From UHGV virus genome UHGV-0126855: 10,874 nucleotides of DNA, one strand, 5' to 3'. Positions 5,124-10,874 of this stretch are shown here, one piece after another; the first letter of the stretch is position 1, and the number at the start of each line of letters is the position of its first letter. The notes beneath the pieces were generated by a model, which saw only the letters and a program-made list of their open reading frames with translations, ran no database searches and had not been told where the DNA came from. Made by a program: the position numbers and the translations under genes. The DNA is from a virus.

Positions 5124-7578
5124 TTTTTATGCGCCGCCCCATAGCATCGAGGCAGAGCAGGCGGTGATTGGTGGATTGCTTCTGGATGATGACAGCAGTG
5201 AGCGCGTCCAGAAAGTTCTGGCGATGCTGAAGCCTGATTCATTTTACAGCCGACCACACAAAATCCTTTTCGAAGAAATAACCAGAATGCACCGGGAGCA
5301 AAAGCCAGTAGATGGCCTGACGCTTTTCGATGAACTGGAGCGTAAATCGTTAACGGCGTCTGTTGGCGGTTTTGCTTATATCTCTGAGATCGCAAAGAAC
5401 ACGCCAAGCGCAGCAAACATCGTTGCCTATGCAATGCAGGTTCGTGAAACCGCAATGGAACGCTACGCCATCAACCGCATGACTGAAGCGACGGAATTGC
5501 TCTATTCCCGCAACGGAATGACTGCAACGCAGAAGTACGAAGCTATTCAGGCGATTTTCACGCAACTGACAGATCATGCAAAAACCGGATCGCGTCGCGG
5601 CCTTCGTTCATTTGGTGAGGTCATGGAAGACTGGGTTAGCGACCTTGAGAAGCGATTTGACCCGTCAGGCGAACAACGAGGAATGAGCACAGGGATCCCA
5701 TCGCTGGACAGGATGCTGTCACCGAAAGGTCTGGTGAAAGGCTCTCTGTTTGTCATTGGCGCTCGCCCTAAGATGGGGAAAGCGCAACCGCTTAATTCAC
5801 GCATTTTGCTTGCTGATGGTTCATGGACAACATTTCGTGACGTATGTGTTGGAGATTCCCTAGCATCAGTGGATGGACAACCATCATTCGTGTCTGGAGT
5901 TTTTCCTCAAGGGGAGCGAGATATTTACCGAGTTACGTTCTCTGACGGAAGAACCGTTGATTGCGCGGATGATCATTTGTGGGAAATTCATAGTAACCGT
6001 ATTACCGGTGGCGTTGATGTTGTAGACACCTGCCGCCTACGGGACATGATGGAATGCGTTCGCTATCAAAGCCGCATTCATGTTCCTGGTATTAGCGGTG
6101 ACTTCGGATTGCCTGTTGATTTAGGGATTAGCCCATGGCTGTTAGGTGCGTTACTTGGCGATGGAAATCTTGCAGGTACGCCACGAATCAGCATGACGGA
6201 ACCATACATCATTGAGCGAGTAAGATCTGAAGTGGGTGACGATATTGAAGTCAGACATGTTTCTGGCTGCGATTACTCCCTATCTCACAAGTTTAGCCGC
6301 AAATTATCTCTTACGCGGGTTATGCAACGGATTGGTATCTACGGCCGGATGTCAGAGATTAAAATTATCCCGGATATTATTTTTTCTGCTGATAAGCAAA
6401 CTCGTATTGATGTTCTATGCGGATTACTTGAAACCGATGGTTGGGTTGAAGGAAATAATGCCCTGCGCTTTAGCTCGGCAAGCAAGTTCCTGTCAGATGG
6501 TGTAAAGCGGCTGGTGCATTCTCTTGGTGGCGTGTGTCGTATGACAACCAAACAGGAGCCGAAATTCAGTTATAAGGGAGAAATGCGCAAAGGTATGGAT
6601 GCCCATATTTGCGCAATCAGGTTGCCTGATGAGGTTCTATCACACATAAAATCTCCACGCCTGAAGCAAAAATTCACTGCAAAACGCATCAAAACAAGTG
6701 CGCCTGTTATCACGTCGGTTGAGTATATTGGACGTGAAGAGTGCATTTGCATCATGGTATCCCACGAGAGACATTTGTATGCAACTGACGGATACATTCT
6801 AACCCACAACACCACGCTATACAGCCAGATGGCAATCAACTGCGCAGTGTATGAGAAAAAGCCCGCTCTGATATTCAGCCTTGAAATGCCAGGTGATCAG
6901 ATACTGGAAAAACTGGTAGGGCAGAAGTCTGGTGTTAACCCGAATATTTTTTACCTTCCGGCGACAAATGACGCCGATGACGGCTATCAGGGTGATTACG
7001 ATGGTGACTTCAACAGGGCGATCGAAACAGCCAATCGCTTGAGTGAAATCGACATGCTTTACATCGACGACACGCCGGGATTATCTCTGGCTCAAATCGT
7101 CAGCGAAAGCCGTCGAATCAAGCGAGAAAAAGGATGTGTTGGCATGATTCTGGTCGATTACCTGACACTAATGACCGCTGAGAAGGCCGATCGCAACGAC
7201 CTTGCTTACGGCATGATCACCAAAGGACTGAAGAACCTTGCCAAAGAGCTTGATTGCGTTGTTGTGCTTCTGACGCAGCTTAACCGCGCACTGGAAAGCC
7301 GAACCAATAAACGCCCATTACCAAGTGACTCGCGCGATACAGGGCAGATTGAACAGGATTGCGATTATTGGGTGGGGATCCATCGTGAAGGTGCTTTTGA
7401 TGACAGTGTTCCACCTGGTGAAACCGAACTAATCCTTCGTCTCAATCGTCATGGCAATACCGGCACGGTGTATTGCATTCAGGCAAATGGCGCTATTTAT
7501 GACACAGACCAACAGTCTGCTGAAATGCGCCGCCGTGAACGCGAGGAGCCGCAGTCCAAGAAGAAAGGAGGATTCTGA
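5113..7578 (+). CDS. DnaB-family replicative helicase, intein-containing (alternative start GTG 5098)
   Basis: N-terminus PPHSIEAEQAVIGGLLLD and the C-terminal half (KPALIFSLEMPGDQ…LTQLNRALESR…) align with E. coli DnaB from memory. The Walker A GARPKMGK|TT is split by a 343-aa insertion. Excluding the insert, the protein is about 470 aa. Confidence 0.9.
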   Translation: MTDNFYAPPHSIEAEQAVIGGLLLDDDSSERVQKVLAMLKPDSFYSRPHKILFEEITRMHREQKPVDGLTLFDELERKSLTASVGGFAYISEIAKNTPSAANIVAYAMQVRETAMERYAINRMTEATELLYSRNGMTATQKYEAIQAIFTQLTDHAKTGSRRGLRSFGEVMEDWVSDLEKRFDPSGEQRGMSTGIPSLDRMLSPKGLVKGSLFVIGARPKMGKAQPLNSRILLADGSWTTFRDVCVGDSLASVDGQPSFVSGVFPQGERDIYRVTFSDGRTVDCADDHLWEIHSNRITGGVDVVDTCRLRDMMECVRYQSRIHVPGISGDFGLPVDLGISPWLLGALLGDGNLAGTPRISMTEPYIIERVRSEVGDDIEVRHVSGCDYSLSHKFSRKLSLTRVMQRIGIYGRMSEIKIIPDIIFSADKQTRIDVLCGLLETDGWVEGNNALRFSSASKFLSDGVKRLVHSLGGVCRMTTKQEPKFSYKGEMRKGMDAHICAIRLPDEVLSHIKSPRLKQKFTAKRIKTSAPVITSVEYIGREECICIMVSHERHLYATDGYILTHNTTLYSQMAINCAVYEKKPALIFSLEMPGDQILEKLVGQKSGVNPNIFYLPATNDADDGYQGDYDGDFNRAIETANRLSEIDMLYIDDTPGLSLAQIVSESRRIKREKGCVGMILVDYLTLMTAEKADRNDLAYGMITKGLKNLAKELDCVVVLLTQLNRALESRTNKRPLPSDSRDTGQIEQDCDYWVGIHREGAFDDSVPPGETELILRLNRHGNTGTVYCIQANGAIYDTDQQSAEMRRREREEPQSKKKGGF
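5782..6810 (+). other. Intein (~343 aa) with a LAGLIDADG homing endonuclease domain, inserted in the helicase P-loop
   Basis: The insert lies between GARPKMGK and TT(LYSQMAINCAV). It ends in THN followed by Thr +1 (nt 6802-6813). Two LAGLIDADG-type motifs are present: LLGALLGDGNL (aa 348-358) and LCGLLETDGWV (aa 440-450). The N-terminal boundary at Ala229 is inferred to within a few residues. Confidence 0.75.
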
Positions 7579-7670
7579 TGACCATCTACATCACTGAGCT
7601 AATAACAGGCCTGCTGGTAATCGCAGGCCTTTTTATTTGGTGGAGAGTAATTGGAGGATTTAAGAAATGA
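7578..7670 (+). CDS. Small hydrophobic peptide (30 aa, single predicted transmembrane helix)
   Basis: ATG 7578 overlaps the helicase stop (tgATGa). A strong SD aaggagg (7565-7571) precedes it. Translation is MTIYITELITGLLVIAGLFIWWRVIGGFKK. Its stop overlaps the next start (aATGAg at 7667-7670). Not in the ORF track. Confidence 0.45.
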   Translation: MTIYITELITGLLVIAGLFIWWRVIGGFKK

Positions 7671-7882
7671 GTACGATAGCTGAGCTTGTCAGGGCTAATT
7701 TTCGTGAAGAGTTGGTGCGTTGGTATCGGTATCGTTCATCGTCAAGTTTGCCGCTTGATGAGTTGTATGAGCATTCACCTGCCGCACGACGCTATCCGCG
7801 TGACCGTGTTCTTCGGCGGTTGTTCAGACTCAACAATGAGTTTCAGCGCAACAGAATTATCCGGAGTCTGGATTTAAAGTGA
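7667..7882 (+). CDS. Hypothetical protein (71 aa)
   Basis: ORF translationally coupled to the upstream peptide gene through an ATGA overlap. Basic and Arg-rich, with no recognised motif. The overlapping alternative frame 7686..7877 is less likely. Confidence 0.5.
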   Translation: MSTIAELVRANFREELVRWYRYRSSSSLPLDELYEHSPAARRYPRDRVLRRLFRLNNEFQRNRIIRSLDLK

Positions 7883-7892
7883 AGGAGTGAGC

Positions 7893-8129
7893 ATGAGCGA
7901 CCTATCATTGACCCAGCCAAAGCTAAAAGAATGTCCGTTTTGCGGCGGTAATGCTCGTCTGTGGGTTGAGGCCGGAATAAATATTGATGTGTGGGGCTAT
8001 GCAGAATGTGACCTCTGTGAAGCCAGGGGGGCATGGGCACCATCAGTTGCTGCGGCGGCTGAAAAATGGAACCGGAGAGCAGGAGATGAAGCAAACCTTT
8101 CTGCTTCGCAACGAAGCAATCAGAAATAA
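7893..8129 (+). CDS. Lar-family restriction-alleviation-like zinc-ribbon protein (about 78 aa)
   Basis: SD aaggag (7882-7887) sits 5 nt before ATG 7893. The CPFCGG…CDLC four-cysteine motif is typical of Lar-family proteins. The 3' end overlaps the ninB start out of frame. Confidence 0.5.
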   Translation: MSDLSLTQPKLKECPFCGGNARLWVEAGINIDVWGYAECDLCEARGAWAPSVAAAAEKWNRRAGDEANLSASQRSNQK

Positions 8130-8532
8130 CGCCATAGACGCCATTCTCTCACTACCCATCGACGACAAGTCACCCCACGAAGTCCACGTTAAAGAACCCA
8201 AGCGCAGCAAAGCGCAGAATGACCGTATGTGGCCGATGCTGAACGATGTTTCGCGTCAGGTGCTATGGCATGGTCAACGGCTGGCACCGGAAGACTGGAA
8301 AGACCTGTTCACTGCCCTGTGGCTTAAGACCAAAAAACTGGAGCAAAGAAGTGTGCCTGGTATCGACGGTGGCGTTGTCATGCTTGGCGTGCGTACCAGC
8401 AAAATGCGAAAGGCCAGCATGACTGAGCTTATCGAAATCATGTTCTGGTTCGGCTCAGAGCGCAACGTGCGGTGGAGTGATGACTCCCGGCGAGAGTATG
8501 AATGGTCACAACGAAAAGGGAAGGCTGCATGA
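8086..8532 (+). CDS. ninB: NinB (Orf) recombination protein (about 148 aa)
   Basis: Translation from the internal Met, MKQTFLLRNEAIRNNAIDAIL…[19 protein letters not shown], resembles lambda NinB (…WSDEARLALEWKARWGDRAA) from memory. Confidence 0.8.
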   Translation: MKQTFLLRNEAIRNNAIDAILSLPIDDKSPHEVHVKEPKRSKAQNDRMWPMLNDVSRQVLWHGQRLAPEDWKDLFTALWLKTKKLEQRSVPGIDGGVVMLGVRTSKMRKASMTELIEIMFWFGSERNVRWSDDSRREYEWSQRKGKAA

Positions 8533-9056
8533 CTATCAAATCAAATACGCCAGCACACGACAAGGACTGCTGGCAAACGCCGCTTTGGCTTTTTGATGCA
8601 CTGGATATTGAGTTTGGATTCTGGCTGGATTCGGCAGCGAGCGACAAAAATGCTCTGTGTGCTCACTGGCTAACTGAGGCCGACGACGCGCTCAATTCTG
8701 AGTGGGTAAGCCACGGTGCAATCTGGAATAACCCACCGTACAGCAATATCAGGCCGTGGGTGGAAAAAGCCGCTGAGCAGTGCATACAACAGCGACAGAC
8801 GGTAGTGATGCTTGTGCCAGAGGATATGTCAGTCGGATGGTTCAGCAAGGCTCTGGAGAGTGTCGACGAAGTTCGCATTATCACTGATGGACGGATTAAT
8901 TTTATCGAACCATCGACAGGGCTGGAGAAGAAGGGAAACAGCAAAGGCTCAATGCTGCTGATTTGGCGACCGTTCATCAGTCATCGACGGATGTTTACTA
9001 CCGTATCCAAAGCGGCATTGATGGCGATCGGGCAGGGCGTCAGGAGGGCGGCATGA
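8529..9056 (+). CDS. Phage Dam-like DNA N6-adenine methyltransferase (orphan, about 175 aa)
   Basis: Start ATG 8529 overlaps the ninB stop (ATGA). It carries the NPPY catalytic motif (…[10 protein letters not shown]…) typical of N6-adenine methyltransferases. No restriction enzyme partner is present. Confidence 0.75.
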   Translation: MTIKSNTPAHDKDCWQTPLWLFDALDIEFGFWLDSAASDKNALCAHWLTEADDALNSEWVSHGAIWNNPPYSNIRPWVEKAAEQCIQQRQTVVMLVPEDMSVGWFSKALESVDEVRIITDGRINFIEPSTGLEKKGNSKGSMLLIWRPFISHRRMFTTVSKAALMAIGQGVRRAA

Positions 9057-9235
9057 GACGACAGCGACGAAGTATCACCGACATCATCTGCGAAAACTGC
9101 AAATACCTTCCAACGAAACGCTCCAGAAATAAACGCAAGCCAATCCCAAAAGAATCTGATGTAAAAACCTTCAACTACACGGCTCACCTGTGGGATATCC
9201 GGTGGCTTAGAGAACGTGCGAGGAAAACAAGGTGA
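9053..9235 (+). CDS. ninE: NinE (60 aa)
   Basis: ATG 9053 overlaps the methyltransferase stop (ATGA). Translation [52 protein letters not shown]… matches lambda NinE as recalled. Confidence 0.8.
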   Translation: MRRQRRSITDIICENCKYLPTKRSRNKRKPIPKESDVKTFNYTAHLWDIRWLRERARKTR

Positions 9236-9402
9236 TTGACCAAAATCGAAGTTACGAACAAGAAAGCGTCGAGCGAGCTTTAACGTGCGCTAACTGCGGT
9301 CAGAAGCTGCATGTGCTGGAAGTTCACGTGTGTGAGCTCTGCTGTGCAGAACTGATGAGCGATCCGAATAGCTCAATGTACGAGGAAGAAGACGATGGCT
9401 AA
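9232..9402 (+). CDS. ninF: NinF (56 aa, GTG start)
   Basis: GTG 9232 overlaps the ninE stop (GTGA). Translation (M)[55 protein letters not shown] matches lambda NinF as recalled. Not in the ORF track (presumably below its length cutoff). Confidence 0.7.
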   Translation: MIDQNRSYEQESVERALTCANCGQKLHVLEVHVCELCCAELMSDPNSSMYEEEDDG

Positions 9403-10006
9403 ACCAGCGCGAAGACGATGTAAAAACGATGAATGTCGGGAATGGTTTCACCCTGCATTCGCCAATCAGTGGTGGTGCTCTCCAGAGTGTGGAACCAAGA
9501 TAGCACTCGAACGACGAAGCAAAGAACGCGAAAAAGCGGAAAAAGCAGCAGAGAAGAAACGACGACGAGAGGAGCAGAAACAGAAAGATAAACTTAAGAT
9601 TCGAAAACTCGCCTTAAAGCCCCGCAGTTACTGGATTAAACAAGCCCAACAAGCCGTAAACGCCTTCATCAGAGAAAGAGACCGCGACTTACCATGTATC
9701 TCGTGCGGAACGCTCACGTCTGCTCAGTGGGATGCCGGGCATTACCGGACAACTGCTGCGGCACCTCAACTCCGATTTGATGAACGCAATATTCACAAGC
9801 AATGCGTGGTGTGCAACCAGCACAAAAGCGGAAATCTCGTTCTGTATCGCGTCGAACTGATTAGCCGCATCGGGCAGGAAGCAGTAGACGAAATCGAATC
9901 AAACCATAACCGCCATCGCTGGACTGTCGAAGAGTGCAAGGCGATCAAGGCAGAGTACCAACAGAAACTCAAAGACCTGCGAAACAGCAGAAGTGAGGCC
10001 GCATGA
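9395..10006 (+). CDS. ninG: NinG (Rap) recombination-associated protein (203 aa)
   Basis: Its position, length and Cys-rich N-terminus ([10 protein letters not shown]…CSPECG) are consistent with lambda NinG. The start overlaps the ninF stop. Confidence 0.8.
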   Translation: MAKPARRRCKNDECREWFHPAFANQWWCSPECGTKIALERRSKEREKAEKAAEKKRRREEQKQKDKLKIRKLALKPRSYWIKQAQQAVNAFIRERDRDLPCISCGTLTSAQWDAGHYRTTAAAPQLRFDERNIHKQCVVCNQHKSGNLVLYRVELISRIGQEAVDEIESNHNRHRWTVEECKAIKAEYQQKLKDLRNSRSEAA

Positions 10007-10209
10007 CGTTCTCAGTAAAAACCATTCCAGACATGCTCGTTGAAGCATACGGAAACCAGACAGAAGTAGCACGCAGACTGAAATGTAGTCGCGTTACGGT
10101 CAGAAAATACGTTGATGATAAAGACGGGAAAATGCACGCCATCGTCAACGACGTTCTCATGGTTCATCGCGGATGGAGTGAAAGAGATGCGCTATTACGA
10201 AAAAATTGA
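10003..10209 (+). CDS. ninH: NinH (68 aa)
   Basis: Translation [68 protein letters not shown] is near-identical to lambda NinH as recalled. ATGA overlap with ninG. Confidence 0.85.
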   Translation: MTFSVKTIPDMLVEAYGNQTEVARRLKCSRVTVRKYVDDKDGKMHAIVNDVLMVHRGWSERDALLRKN

Positions 10210-10874
10210 TGGCAGCAAATACCGAAATATTTGGGTAGTTGGCGATCTGCACGGATGCTACACGAACCTGATGAAAAAACTGGAGACGATAGGATTCGAC
10301 ACCAAAAAAGACCTTCTTATCTCGGTTGGCGATTTGGTCGATCGCGGTACAGAGAACGTTGAATGCCTGGAATTAATCACATTCCCCTGGTTCAGAGCTG
10401 TACGTGGAAACCATGAGCAAATGATGATTGATGGCTTATCAGAGCGTGGAAACGTTAATCACTGGCTGCTTAATGGCGGTGGCTGGTTCTTTAATCTCGA
10501 TTACGACAAAGAAATTCTGGCTAAAGCTCTTGCCCATAAAGCAGATGAACTTCCGTTAATCATCGAACTGGTGAGTAAAGGAAAAAAATATGTCATCTGC
10601 CACGCCGATTATCCTTGTGATAAATACGAGTTTGGAAAGCCAGTTGATCATCAGCAGGTAATCTGGAACCGCGAACGAATCAGCAACTCACAAGACGGGA
10701 TCGTAAAAGAAATCAAAGGAGCGGACACGTTCATCTTTGGTCATACGCCAGCAGTGAAACCACTCAAATTTGCCAACCAGATGTATATCGATACCGGCGC
10801 AGTGTTCTGCGGAAACCTCACATTGAACCGCCCCGGGTTTCCTGGAGAGTGTTTTATCTGTGAACTCAGGCTGC
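10187..10874 (+). CDS. Ser/Thr protein phosphatase (lambda PPase-like), 3' end not reached in window
   Basis: Translation [28 protein letters not shown]…GNHE… shows the calcineurin-like metallophosphatase motifs GDLHG, GDLVDRG and GNHE and is near-identical to lambda PPase as recalled. There is no in-frame stop before nt 10874. Confidence 0.85.
   Translation, partial: MRYYEKIDGSKYRNIWVVGDLHGCYTNLMKKLETIGFDTKKDLLISVGDLVDRGTENVECLELITFPWFRAVRGNHEQMMIDGLSERGNVNHWLLNGGGWFFNLDYDKEILAKALAHKADELPLIIELVSKGKKYVICHADYPCDKYEFGKPVDHQQVIWNRERISNSQDGIVKEIKGADTFIFGHTPAVKPLKFANQMYIDTGAVFCGNLTLNRPGFPGECFICELRL

Noticed and set aside
4752-6839. Seven minus- or alternate-frame ORFs (4752..5111, 5084..5455, 5350..5577, 5574..5804, 6236..6505, 6339..6551, 6570..6839)
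   Set aside because: All are embedded in the O-like and helicase/intein coding sequences, whose frames are supported by strong protein motifs.
5113-7578. Helicase as a fusion or a frameshifted pseudogene, given its excess length
   Set aside because: The extra 343 aa form one continuous in-frame insert with intein terminal motifs and LAGLIDADG blocks, placed precisely within the P-loop.
7686-7877. 63-aa ORF in an alternate frame to the 71-aa gene
   Set aside because: The 7667 frame is translationally coupled to the upstream gene through an ATGA overlap; the 7686 frame has no comparable start context.
7843-9187. Minus-strand ORFs 7843..8094, 8274..8465, 8438..8647, 8663..8977 and 8981..9187
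   Set aside because: They are antisense to the tightly coupled plus-strand nin operon, whose products are recognisable.
9969-10160. 63-aa minus-strand ORF
   Set aside because: Antisense to ninG/ninH, which match lambda proteins.

Overview
This window is the early/immunity and nin region of a lambdoid (pro)phage with a mosaic architecture. Left to right: an unknown 146-aa gene; an N-like antiterminator (minus strand) read from a lambda-type pL/oL; a self-contained ParA/MinD-family ATPase gene in the slot where lambda carries rexAB; a lambda-type cI, oR/pR/pRM and cro; a cII-like gene; an O-like initiator with an embedded iteron origin; a DnaB-family helicase interrupted by a ~343-aa intein with a LAGLIDADG homing endonuclease; then a tightly coupled operon of small genes (30-aa membrane peptide, 71-aa unknown, Lar-like, NinB, Dam-like methyltransferase, NinE, NinF, NinG, NinH) and a lambda-type Ser/Thr phosphatase that runs off the window. 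The most interesting candidates are the orphan ParA-like ATPase with a 19-bp phased repeat array in its promoter, and the helicase intein, which shows class-3-like hallmarks. All family assignments are from reading the translations and from memory of lambda proteins; no searches were run.
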